Shown here: piece after piece, positions 48,543 to 57,380 of the stretch
Position numbering within the stretch: the stretch's first letter is position 1
Layout of the letters: every line of letters begins with the position of its first letter
NCBI GenBank assembly: GCA_038065355.1
Contig: JBBTRC010000008.1
Coordinates: 5,406 to 69,405, forward strand
DNA length: 64,000 nt
Direction of reading: 5' to 3'
Source: Patescibacteria group bacterium
GTDB lineage: Bacteria; Patescibacteriota; Minisyncoccia; Phycocordibacterales; UBA918
Notes under the pieces: generated by a model
Told to the model about the DNA's origin: nothing
What the model saw: only the letters and a program-made list of their open reading frames with translations
Database searches by the model: none
Made by a program: the position numbers and the translations under genes

Positions 48543-50130
48543 AGATTGCTCCTAAAACAATTATAATAATAATCCACACGACCCAGCCGATCACACTCGA
48601 CTTTGTGTTCTCTGCTTTTTTATTTTTAATCACTTCACCAAGTCCTACGTAATAGTAGGAGTTGAGAAGGATCTTAATTGCCATCTGCTCCCAGCGTTCA
48701 TCGAATGCCTCATCGATTTTCTTCAACATCTTATTTTGAACCTCATCCACTTCACTTGCATTATCCGCAGTAAGAACCTTAACGTTGTTTTTAATCAAAT
48801 CTAGCCAGGAGTCGATTACGCTCTTGTCTACATCATAAATTTCAATGTGTTCATACACAATCGATGCTGATTTTTGAAGTCCAGGTCGAGCCTCGTCGTA
48901 TTTATCAGCTTCAAATAACTTCTTCGCCTCAACGAACTCGACCACAGCATACATCGTAACAGCTTCCTTTTTCTTGCTATCCATCGCATTTTTAAATTCT
49001 GGATCTTTGCTCTCAGACTTCTTTTGATCTATGAGTGCTATCGCTTCTTGGAACTTCTTCTCATTCATGAGTTCCATGATTGGAGCTGTTGCATTTAAGA
49101 ACTTCTTATTTTCTTCAAATTGGTCGAGATCCTGCTTAAGTTTGTTTTCCATCCCAGATGTACCAACAAACTGCATAGCAATCTTTAGAAGTTGCTCAGC
49201 TTTGGGCATATCGTCCAAATTATTGTGGATATCAAGAACAATAGAACGTATCGCACCCGCCGCTCGGTCACGTATCGTTTTTGATTGACTGTCATCATAT
49301 AGACCGAGATCGATCAGCTTGTTGCAACAATCTTGGATTTTTCCGATATGTTCTTTGATATCTGAAGCTTCTTGTGCATCAAGGTCACCATCCTCTGAAA
49401 CCTTCATTGCTTCGAGCTTCTCGACCGCTTCTGTAATCTCCTGAAATATTGGAGCCATTACAACTTTCTCAGTCTTTTCTCCACGAAGATTAAATACTTT
49501 AGTAAATTCAGCTATGTAACCTCCATCCTCTCGAGAATGACTAATCTCTGTATAAAGATCAGAGAGAAATGAGGGTATCTGTTTATGAAAATCAGAGATA
49601 ACTTCTTGATCAGTATCAAGCTCATCGTTATGCTTATATACCTTTGTGAAAGCTGTCCAGAATTTTGATGAGTTAGTAAGCTCGTGCCAGATTTTTAAAG
49701 ACTCTTTTAGATATCGTTTATTGTCTTCTTTGAAAAGTAAGATGCAATACAGAAGCGCTAGATTCTTTTTATAAAACATCGCCTTTGTAGTATCGCCTTC
49801 GGAATTATGTTCCCAAACCCTTATAGCTCCTTCTGGATCTTTCTTACGAAGAATACCGACCGCTTGTTCGTCTACATCGTCAGAAATATGAAACCAGAAG
49901 AAATAATCCTTAATCTGCTTCTTTGGTGAAGAGAGTTTTTGAACAGCGTCCTTTATTGCACCTTCCGTTCGAAAGTTATCGAACACTCCCATATCTAGGT
50001 CGTATTCTGGAGTATCATCAATTTGGAGAAACTTTACAATTTCCTTTGCACGTTTCTGCATATCTCGTTGTGAAGCCGACGTGTCGAGACCGAGGATGTG
50101 ATATGCATTATTTTTTAATAGGTTTGACAT
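48535..50130 (-). CDS. Helical protein with J-domain-like N-terminus (no HPD) and C-terminal TM anchor
   Basis: NAYHILGL...AS; all-alpha TPR-like body; C-terminal hydrophobic tail. Confidence 0.7.
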   Translation of the reverse strand: MSNLLKNNAYHILGLDTSASQRDMQKRAKEIVKFLQIDDTPEYDLDMGVFDNFRTEGAIKDAVQKLSSPKKQIKDYFFWFHISDDVDEQAVGILRKKDPEGAIRVWEHNSEGDTTKAMFYKKNLALLYCILLFKEDNKRYLKESLKIWHELTNSSKFWTAFTKVYKHNDELDTDQEVISDFHKQIPSFLSDLYTEISHSREDGGYIAEFTKVFNLRGEKTEKVVMAPIFQEITEAVEKLEAMKVSEDGDLDAQEASDIKEHIGKIQDCCNKLIDLGLYDDSQSKTIRDRAAGAIRSIVLDIHNNLDDMPKAEQLLKIAMQFVGTSGMENKLKQDLDQFEENKKFLNATAPIMELMNEKKFQEAIALIDQKKSESKDPEFKNAMDSKKKEAVTMYAVVEFVEAKKLFEADKYDEARPGLQKSASIVYEHIEIYDVDKSVIDSWLDLIKNNVKVLTADNASEVDEVQNKMLKKIDEAFDERWEQMAIKILLNSYYYVGLGEVIKNKKAENTKSSVIGWVVWIIIIIVLGAIFG

Positions 50131-50133
50131 AAA

Positions 50134-52647
50134 TTATTTAGTAATACCAGACATGTTACCTTGTATCATTTTCTGCTCGCTCGGCGGAAGGAGAAGCATC
50201 AGGTTGTGTACCGACCTTTTAAGTTCCTCAACATCGCCAAGCTCAAGGGCACGCTGTCCTTTATTCATGTAGTACTCAGCCTCTTTCGGACTTGTCCAAG
50301 CATGACTAGTTTCCTTTATCTTATTGAACATATAGACCCATGATGCAGGATTTGAGAAAAGTGCCTTATGATTGAGTTCTTGAAGCTGTTCCAATGAACG
50401 GCTGAGCATTACCTTGTCCTCTTTACCAATAGCCAGATCAGCTTCTTCCTTGATCACACGCAACTGGTCTTCGTACATTGCTTTTTCTGTCTGTTCACTC
50501 CATTCACTAATAATTCCTTCTACACTTTTTACCTTTTCTTCGTATTCTGATTTAAGCTGTGGAAACTCTTTCATCTTTTCGAGACCATCGAGCCGGATTT
50601 TTAGATCTTTGAGTTGTTTATCAGCCTTTCGTTTTTCATCCTCATCCACTTTTGCAGTCGATAGACTTCCTTCAAGAGACTGGACCAGATTCTGAAGCTT
50701 ACCTTTCTCTTCTGGAGTACATGATTGTTCGACTTTTTTCGCACGCTCGCTCTGCTCCTTGAGCTGTGTCTCCATTTCTTCGACACTCAAATTTTCTGCA
50801 TGGATTGTCGCACGTGCACTAAACGTGAGATCAATCGACGGAATAAACGCCTCCACCTTAACCTCACGAGATTCGTTCACCTCGATTGTAAGTGCAATTT
50901 CTGTACCTTCTGGTAAATCATATGGGAGTTTTTCTCCTGTCACCTTGAGGTCACAAATGAACTGATTCTGATCTGGCACAGCTGATTCACCTTCACGGAT
51001 TTTGATCGGGAGTGCGTTCTCTTTATCACCTTTGGCAAGCGGTTTAAGTGTCTTATATGTATGTGTGGCTTTGAGGGGAAGAATACTATTTTTCTCAAAA
51101 ATCACTTCAAACTCCTCGGTCATAGCAAAGCTAGCACCACTGAATCCACGCTTTACAACTCCTACTCCTATGGAGTGTGGTATCGGTGCACCAGACACTG
51201 AAAGACCGTGCGTTATAGAGAACGCCTCTGGTTCGGTTTTGATCGGGTTTCCTTCTGCATCGAACAAGTAAATCCAAAAGAGAGTAGTTTTGTTTTTATC
51301 GAGATTTACAGTTTCAATAAATTTGCCATTCTTAAGTTTTATTTTCTTTCCGCTAAAGAGTCCTCCCTCGCTCTGTATCTGAATGAAGTATTCTTCTTCT
51401 GTATCCTTAAGCTCTTCTACGACTCCAGTTATGGTCTCTTCGGTTTCGGAAGTCAGGGATTCATAGTTGAGACGCAAGGTTTTAATTGAGGAATCAGTTA
51501 ACTTTTTTGACTCAAGAAATTCCTTTGGAATCTTCTGGCTCACAGCATAGATACATGCACCACGCGCAACGACGGTTAGTGGATCGGACGAAGTGTCTAC
51601 TTCTATCTTCAAGTCTTTTTCCAAACGATCTTTTACGTACGGAATCATAGTAGGTCCGCCAACAAGTACAATCCTTGAAATGGATGATTGCTTCACTCCA
51701 GCCTCCTTAATGGTCTCCTTACTCAATTCAACAGTTTTATCGACAAACGGTTTAATCAGCTTTTCGAAATCTTTACGGGTAAAAGGTATAGTGAGATATA
51801 TTTCCTTGTTGTTGTCATCATCACCGATCTTTTCAACCTCGATAGTTATTTCATCAGTTTGAGAAAGTGAAATCTTTGCCGTCTCTGCATAGTATTTAAG
51901 CTTTGCAAACACACTACGATATTTTTTACTACTACGAGTAAAGTCTTCGATTTCATACTTTTCTAGAATAGCTGGTACGATGACCTTATCCACAACAGCC
52001 CAATCGAAATCTTTACCACCAAGGAAGTTGTCTCCATTATGCCCTAGTACAGAAAGTGCACCGTCCTTTGACGAAATGAGGGCAACATCGAACGTACCGC
52101 CTCCCAAGTCATACACAAGCCAGTTTTCATTCTGAGAATTCATAAAACCGTAAGCTATTGCCGCCGCAATCGGTTCCTGTATTAAGACCACATGCTTGAA
52201 GCCCGCAACATTACCCGCACGCTTGGTGGCTTCTGCTTGAAGCGTTGAAAAATAGGCAGGTATCGTGATGACAACACCAGTGGTTGGTGTGCCAGGATAC
52301 TTACGCAAAACATCTTCTTTAAGGCTCTTTAAAATTTCTCCAGAAATTTCTTCTGGAGACATATCCTCACCAAGACGATCGAAATGGACGGTGTCCGAAG
52401 TACCCATCAAGCGTTTTACTTCCGCCTTGTTATTTGAAAATTCTTCTTCTGATGCGTCTTTATAGAGACGCTCATAGGCTCGTTTTCCGACAACTTTATT
52501 TTTTGCTTTATCTACGCCAAAAACTGACGGCGTGTATTCATCATTAAAAATATTTTTAACCACCTCCACATGGTTTTTATTGTTTGCTGCAACTTCGGAA
52601 TTTGTTGTACCTAGGTCGATACCAATCTGTATGTTTTGGTTGTTCAT
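50134..52647 (-). CDS. Hsp70-family protein (non-canonical DnaK paralog)
   Basis: GIDLGTTNS, TIPAYF, EPIAAA, YDLGGGTFD, LGGKDFD, LVGG; 837 aa with an insertion after the NBD. Confidence 0.93.
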   Translation of the reverse strand: MNNQNIQIGIDLGTTNSEVAANNKNHVEVVKNIFNDEYTPSVFGVDKAKNKVVGKRAYERLYKDASEEEFSNNKAEVKRLMGTSDTVHFDRLGEDMSPEEISGEILKSLKEDVLRKYPGTPTTGVVITIPAYFSTLQAEATKRAGNVAGFKHVVLIQEPIAAAIAYGFMNSQNENWLVYDLGGGTFDVALISSKDGALSVLGHNGDNFLGGKDFDWAVVDKVIVPAILEKYEIEDFTRSSKKYRSVFAKLKYYAETAKISLSQTDEITIEVEKIGDDDNNKEIYLTIPFTRKDFEKLIKPFVDKTVELSKETIKEAGVKQSSISRIVLVGGPTMIPYVKDRLEKDLKIEVDTSSDPLTVVARGACIYAVSQKIPKEFLESKKLTDSSIKTLRLNYESLTSETEETITGVVEELKDTEEEYFIQIQSEGGLFSGKKIKLKNGKFIETVNLDKNKTTLFWIYLFDAEGNPIKTEPEAFSITHGLSVSGAPIPHSIGVGVVKRGFSGASFAMTEEFEVIFEKNSILPLKATHTYKTLKPLAKGDKENALPIKIREGESAVPDQNQFICDLKVTGEKLPYDLPEGTEIALTIEVNESREVKVEAFIPSIDLTFSARATIHAENLSVEEMETQLKEQSERAKKVEQSCTPEEKGKLQNLVQSLEGSLSTAKVDEDEKRKADKQLKDLKIRLDGLEKMKEFPQLKSEYEEKVKSVEGIISEWSEQTEKAMYEDQLRVIKEEADLAIGKEDKVMLSRSLEQLQELNHKALFSNPASWVYMFNKIKETSHAWTSPKEAEYYMNKGQRALELGDVEELKRSVHNLMLLLPPSEQKMIQGNMSGITK

Positions 52648-52659
52648 AAAATATATTCC

Positions 52660-53181
52660 TTAGTTACTTAATAATATGATCTTGGCCTTTTTAACGACCT
52701 GACCTTTAACCAAAATTGTTGGCTCAACGGTTTCTTTCACCACAGGCGATACCACGGTAGGATCTTTTTCTACCGAGAGAACATCTAGGTTCAGTCCGTC
52801 ATTGAATTTCTGATTGGTGTAATCAATAATCTCAATGTCGTAATTGGATATATACCGTCTAAACTTGAGGACAGAATTCTCTAACCCCTTTCGTTGGTTT
52901 TCCTGAAGACTGTCAGCAATTTTTAATAATCGTTGTTCAACTCGCCACACTTCTGTCGCAAGTTCAACGAGTTCAGCGACGCTCGTAGAAAGATTTATAG
53001 ATTTGGGAGCAACAGCGTATTTAATTTCCTCGCTAATCTTTTTGTAGAGTTCATCAAATTTATCTGAAGCTTCTGTACTCTGCCCTGATTTGCGTCTAAG
53101 TAAATATAGAAATGCAAATATAAAAAATATCGCAATTACGAGAACGAGTATAAATATTGGATTTAAAAATAAGTTATTCAT
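52660..53181 (-). CDS. Membrane-anchored GrpE-like protein
   Basis: N-terminal TM, coiled coil, C-terminal V.ETVEP.I...G.VVKKA.I GrpE-like beta domain; adjacent to Hsp70. Confidence 0.65.
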   Translation of the reverse strand: MNNLFLNPIFILVLVIAIFFIFAFLYLLRRKSGQSTEASDKFDELYKKISEEIKYAVAPKSINLSTSVAELVELATEVWRVEQRLLKIADSLQENQRKGLENSVLKFRRYISNYDIEIIDYTNQKFNDGLNLDVLSVEKDPTVVSPVVKETVEPTILVKGQVVKKAKIILLSN

Positions 53182-53182
53182 T

Positions 53183-53389
53183 TTATTTCATTAACTCGTC
53201 AGTAGGGACACCTACTGCTTTAGCCAATTTGGCAATGGTTGCGAGAGTGGGGTTTGTCTTACCATTCTCGATATTGCTTATAAAGCTTCGACTGACCTCA
53301 AGTTCCCGAGCAATATCACCCTGAGAGATATTCTTTGCTGTTCGGATACGCTTAAGGTTATTACCTAATTTTTCTGACTCGCTTTTCAT
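53183..53389 (-). CDS. XRE-family HTH regulator
   Basis: LG.NLKRIR...SQ..IA..L.VSRSFIS.IENGK.NPT; start at MKSES. Confidence 0.92.
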   Translation of the reverse strand: MKSESEKLGNNLKRIRTAKNISQGDIARELEVSRSFISNIENGKTNPTLATIAKLAKAVGVPTDELMK

Positions 53390-53478
53390 AATCTCACTAT
53401 ACGCTCTGTTATAGTTTAACACAACAGTATCATATAGTGTACTACCTCCAGAGTGTTCTAGTTGTGCAGAAAGTATGC

Positions 53479-54072
53479 TCATGATAATTCGACTTTCTCT
53501 CTTAAATCTTGGAAGCAAACTGGTGATATTTGTTGCTTAGTAAGGAGCACCATCGATACGCTAGCCCTGTTTTTCGATATATTTCGTAGTTCATCTTTAG
53601 AAAGGACATAGAAGCACCACTGATCCATATCGAGGATGTCGAGCGTGGCGTGTTCTTGGTGTTTGAACAGTGCAAGGACGTAGATGTCGGATTTGTAGTC
53701 GGCAAGCTTGTTCAATTCAGAAAGCTTAGTGACGGCTTCCGAGTAGTACAGTTCTTTTGCTTTGAGTCCTGACCATTGGATCGTCGTGAGTTTGTTCTGA
53801 TCCCAGTCTTGGATATATGAACAGCATTTCACTTCTATCTTCTTTCCTTTATACAAAACATCGTAGTCACCCCACGGACTGCGAACTTCAATCTCCATAT
53901 TGTCCTTGAGTGCGTTCTCGACGATGAACTCGGCAAGTGCACCTCGAAGTACGTTCGAGTTCAGACTTGAAAAGCCATACTGCCAGAATTCCAGTACGGA
54001 GAATTTCTTTTGACCGACATTTTTAAATTGTTCAGAGCCTGTGAGTTTGCTCACAGGAATTCTTTTATACAT
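53479..54072 (-). CDS. PD-(D/E)xK nuclease-like hypothetical protein
   Basis: RGALAEFIV, WGDYDV..KIEVK. Confidence 0.65.
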   Translation of the reverse strand: MYKRIPVSKLTGSEQFKNVGQKKFSVLEFWQYGFSSLNSNVLRGALAEFIVENALKDNMEIEVRSPWGDYDVLYKGKKIEVKCCSYIQDWDQNKLTTIQWSGLKAKELYYSEAVTKLSELNKLADYKSDIYVLALFKHQEHATLDILDMDQWCFYVLSKDELRNISKNRASVSMVLLTKQQISPVCFQDLREKVELS

Positions 54073-54275
54073 TTTTTTGGACGGTTTTAGTTTCGGTCAG
54101 GTAGCAAAAAGCTCCTAACCAGGCCGATATACCCCGTGAGATATACCCATACCCCTTTCGAGATATGACCGTCCAAAGTAGCTCTGATTAGGAGTTCTTT
54201 ACTTTGGACGGATTTTCGACCATATCCGAAAAGTTTTAAGGCTTTTCGGGGTTAGGTCTCTTATTCAGTTGTACC
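54073..54275 (-). ncRNA. Structured 5' leader with alternative pairings (CI/C4-like)
   Basis: TGGTATTAT -10 at 54282-54290; complementary blocks ccgtccaa/ttggacgg and cctaacc/ggttagg in several copies. Confidence 0.6.
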
Positions 54276-54376
54276 TAGAACATAATACCAAAATTGATGG
54301 TATTAGTCAGTAGCTTAGCTTAGAAAAAGGCAGTTGCGAAGCCCTTTTACCGACATTTGACAGATTGCCAAAATCA

Positions 54377-54405
54377 TTGACAAACAGTCATTTGTTTGAT
54401 ATGAT
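54377..54405 (+). promoter_or_regulatory. Sigma70 promoter of the DGR target gene
   Basis: TTGACA-17 nt-TATGAT, extended TG; caaaca-N6-tgtttg palindrome overlapping the spacer. Confidence 0.7.
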
Positions 54406-54547
54406 ACTTGAGACTGCTCTTTGAGATAAGAATCACTGCATAACGATGTTTGAGATGAGCTTTTTGAGCCTTAAATCAGGGCCTAGAAAGCTCGTCTCAA
54501 ACTGAGGCAAGTCGTTCCGAGCGTTCTCGGTAAATCAGCAAAAGGAG

Positions 54548-55348
54548 ATGATGTCGATGAAAACATTGAACACGTCTGCACTGGTAACCGCAGACAGTCC
54601 GAAAGGACAGAGAGCTACCGAAACGTTCCGTGCCCAATACAACAAGGCGGGACTCAACGACGAAAGCGCACAAATCCTGAACGAGAATCCCGGCTTCGCC
54701 GTGTATCTCGCCGAAGGTATCCGTCGCTTCTCAGCCAAAGCGCCCGACTACGGTTTGGCGCAGTCAATCCTCGGCACGGATTTCATCACGCCAGAGGAAG
54801 TCAGCAAGGCTCGCCCGAGCATCGTGTACACCGACGACCAGATCACGGCACTCGCCGAAAGTCTGCCGTCGGAAGACATGCTCAAGTGGTGCAAGGACAA
54901 CGGTTACGCCGTCATGCCCGCACCGCCCACGGCGATGTCACTGCTCGACGTTCGGGAGATCCAGTCCACCCACTTCTACTCGAAGACGGGTGGGTGGTAT
55001 TCCGACCAGAAGTTCGCTCGCGAAGACAGGACGTCTTTCGGATGGCTCGCCATCAAGAAGACTCCGATCTCCGACTCGACCAGCAAAAACTGGAACGAGC
55101 AGAACAAGCTTCTGTCCGCACTCGAGACGGTGCCTAACGCCGCCGAGATGAGCTGGTTCATCACGACCTATTTCGAGGTCCGTGGTATCCGACTCTTCGA
55201 AAGCATCTACGTTCGGACTTCCAGTCTCGGCTCGGGCGGTGGCCGTGTTCTCGTCGGCAGCTTCGTTTCCGGGGGTCTCATCGTCAACGACTGGGACGGC
55301 GACCGCCGCGACAGCAACATCGGCTTGTCGGGTGCCAGGAAGCAGTGA
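54548..55348 (+). CDS. DGR target protein with C-terminal variable region (CLec-type fold expected)
   Basis: SD aaggag; 3' end matches TR; ends with ..SNIGLSGARKQ. Confidence 0.93.
   Translation: MMSMKTLNTSALVTADSPKGQRATETFRAQYNKAGLNDESAQILNENPGFAVYLAEGIRRFSAKAPDYGLAQSILGTDFITPEEVSKARPSIVYTDDQITALAESLPSEDMLKWCKDNGYAVMPAPPTAMSLLDVREIQSTHFYSKTGGWYSDQKFAREDRTSFGWLAIKKTPISDSTSKNWNEQNKLLSALETVPNAAEMSWFITTYFEVRGIRLFESIYVRTSSLGSGGGRVLVGSFVSGGLIVNDWDGDRRDSNIGLSGARKQ
55225..55339 (+). repeat. DGR variable repeat (VR)
   Basis: 115 bp ungapped match to 55702-55816 with 17 mismatches, all opposite TR adenines. Confidence 0.97.
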
Positions 55349-55386
55349 TCCTTGATCCCTTGAGGACTTGTTCCTCTTGAATACTT

Positions 55387-55419
55387 GAGCCTTCGCGAAA
55401 TTTTTTTTCGCGAAGGCTC
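55387..55419 (+). terminator. Hairpin downstream of VR (terminator and/or DGR homing hairpin)
   Basis: gagccttcgcgaaa-ttttt-tttcgcgaaggctc, 14-bp stem, then T-rich tail. Confidence 0.8.
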
Positions 55420-55701
55420 TTTCTTTTTATACATAAACAAAATATACTCTTATTATCTTGCTCATGTAGCTTGGATCACGGTTCAAGCTCGCGAGATACC
55501 TCACCTGAGAACTGCCTGAGTGCCATTAGTCTACGGATTACGGCAGAGCGCAGTAAAGGATAGAGAGAACTTCTTGCCTGTTTCTAGTGGAGATGTCTTT
55601 GAAAAAAGACTGCTCCCAAATAAAATTCAGAGATGGGAGGATATAGACCTGTAAAGGTAGTAAACCTCGATTCTCGGTGACACAGACGGAAATGGGCAAT
55701 A

Positions 55702-55816
55702 TCTCGACTCGGACGGTAACCGTGTTAACGTCGGCAACTTCGATTCCAAGGGTCTCAACGTCAACAACTGGAACGACGACAACCGCAACAGCAACATCGG
55801 CTTGTCGGGTGCCAGG
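55702..55816 (+). repeat. DGR template repeat (TR)
   Basis: AAC-rich (10 AAC codons in VR frame) intergenic copy of VR. Confidence 0.97.
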
Positions 55817-55836
55817 CAGTCATAACTCTATCCAAG

Positions 55837-55861
55837 GAAAACCCACGTAATGTGGGTTTTC
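55837..55861. terminator. Symmetric hairpin between TR and avd stop
   Basis: gaaaacccac-gtaat-gtgggttttc. Confidence 0.75.
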
Positions 55862-55863
55862 TG

Positions 55864-56214
55864 TTAACGCTCTCTCGTGGACTTTATCCAGCCTCCAAGC
55901 ATTCTTCCGATCTCATCAAGGTTCGCTTCGATAATGATGTATTTCTTGGAGTCGATTGCCTTGATGTCCTTCATGAGACGGATGCACACTCGTAGAAAGT
56001 TAAGCTTGACGCTCGTCTTCTCCAAGGTCGGCAATTTGTCCGCTTTGGATTGCTGGCTTGAGAAAAGAATTCCCTCCAGAACCTCGATCAGAAGACTCTC
56101 GCACTTTTGCCAGAGCGTATAGCGGTCTTGTTTTGGTACGCTCAGCCTCAGAGCATAAAACTCTTTGTACAAATCGTAGGACTTCTTGAATATTGGTATG
56201 TCTAAGTCATTCAT
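55864..56214 (-). CDS. avd: DGR accessory variability determinant (four-helix bundle)
   Basis: IF.K.YDL..PKQDRYTL..L.EIGRMLGGW.K; start at MNDLD. Confidence 0.9.
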   Translation of the reverse strand: MNDLDIPIFKKSYDLYKEFYALRLSVPKQDRYTLWQKCESLLIEVLEGILFSSQQSKADKLPTLEKTSVKLNFLRVCIRLMKDIKAIDSKKYIIIEANLDEIGRMLGGWIKSTRER

Positions 56215-56216
56215 AT

Positions 56217-57266
56217 ATGAAGATTCATAATAATTTATATTGGTTGATAATTTCTCCCGAAACACTTTTCCGTGCGTGGGAAATATTCAAATCCGACAAA
56301 CGCAACAAGCCTGATGTTATAGAGTTTGAGCTGAACCTCGAGCAAAATATTTTTGATCTTTACAGGGATTTGAAAGCAGGAAAATACAAGCACGGACCAT
56401 ACCGAGGATTCTGGATTCACGACCCCAAGCTCAGGCGAATCCACAAGGCTACGGTACGAGATCGAGTGCTTCATCATGCTGTGTTCTATATTTTGAATCG
56501 AATATTTGAGCCGACCTTTATCAACGATTCGTATTCCTGCCGAATCGGCAAAGGTACGCACAAGGGCATGGAAAAGGTTGCCAGCATGATTCGAGCTGTG
56601 AGCAAGAACTACACGCATCCGTGTTACGCACTGAAATGCGATGTGAGAAAATTCTTTGATTCGATGGATCATGACACTCTTCTGAAGATTCTCTATAAGA
56701 AGGTTAAAGATGAGAAAGTACGCTGTCTTCTGAGCGAGATTATCGAGAGCTTCGAGGCAAGTCGTCCGAATCTTTTCGAACGCAGGGGTGTGCCGATTGG
56801 AAACCTGACCTCGCAAGTGTTCGCAAACATCTATATGAATGAATTTGATCAGTTTATGAAGCATGAGTTGAAAGTAAAAAATTATGCACGGTACACCGAT
56901 GACTTCGTGATCATTTCCGATGACAAAGCATATCTCGAAGGATTGCTAGAACCGATTGGAAAATTCCTAAAATCAAAGCTCCATCTCGATCTGCACCCGA
57001 AGAAAATAATCTTGAAGAAGCACACCCAAGGTATCGATTTTCTTGGGTACGTGATACTTCCGCATCACATCAAGCTCCGCACGAAAACGAAGCGCAAGAT
57101 TCCCAAGAAAATCCGCCAAAGCGTAGCCCTCTACAAAGACGAGCGGATAAACGAGATAACAATGAAATCCTCACTCGCTTCCTACTTGGGAGTACTTTCC
57201 CATGCCGATGCTTACGAGATGACCGAGAGCGTAAGGAATTTGTTTTGGTTCTGGCTGAGTGAATAA
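56217..57266 (+). CDS. DGR reverse transcriptase
   Basis: RDRVLHHA, SCR.GKGTH, KCDVRKFF.S, GVPIGNLTSQ (DGR-type SQ), RYTDD, DFLGY; start at MKIHN. Confidence 0.96.
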   Translation: MKIHNNLYWLIISPETLFRAWEIFKSDKRNKPDVIEFELNLEQNIFDLYRDLKAGKYKHGPYRGFWIHDPKLRRIHKATVRDRVLHHAVFYILNRIFEPTFINDSYSCRIGKGTHKGMEKVASMIRAVSKNYTHPCYALKCDVRKFFDSMDHDTLLKILYKKVKDEKVRCLLSEIIESFEASRPNLFERRGVPIGNLTSQVFANIYMNEFDQFMKHELKVKNYARYTDDFVIISDDKAYLEGLLEPIGKFLKSKLHLDLHPKKIILKKHTQGIDFLGYVILPHHIKLRTKTKRKIPKKIRQSVALYKDERINEITMKSSLASYLGVLSHADAYEMTESVRNLFWFWLSE

Positions 57267-57269
57267 AAC

Positions 57270-57380
57270 AAAATCCTCGCAAGCCGACTCGACACAAAAG
57301 GTCGAATCCTCATGCGAGGAATCTCTCTTGGACGGCTTTTCGACCATATCTCTTTCGAGGGTTAGGTCTTCGGATTTTGT
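57270..57380 (-). ncRNA. Candidate small RNA carrying a second copy of the 54.2-kb motif
   Basis: TGATATAAT -10 at 57387-57395; agacctaaccc-hairpin-gatatggtcgaaaa.ccgtccaa; 3' stem tcctcgca..tgcgagga plus U-tail. Confidence 0.6.

Noticed and set aside
50134-52647. Housekeeping dnaK
   Set aside because: Too long, has an insertion, lies in an AT-rich island, and its partners are atypical (TM GrpE-like, HPD-less J-like), so no symbol was assigned.
1-54500. Second (remote) DGR target in the window
   Set aside because: No other TR-like 3' end was noticed by eye; an alignment search would be needed to exclude one fully.
56217-57266. RT as a group II intron, retron or CRISPR-associated RT
   Set aside because: No maturase/endonuclease extension or cas genes; the SQ motif, Avd and the TR/VR pair identify a DGR.
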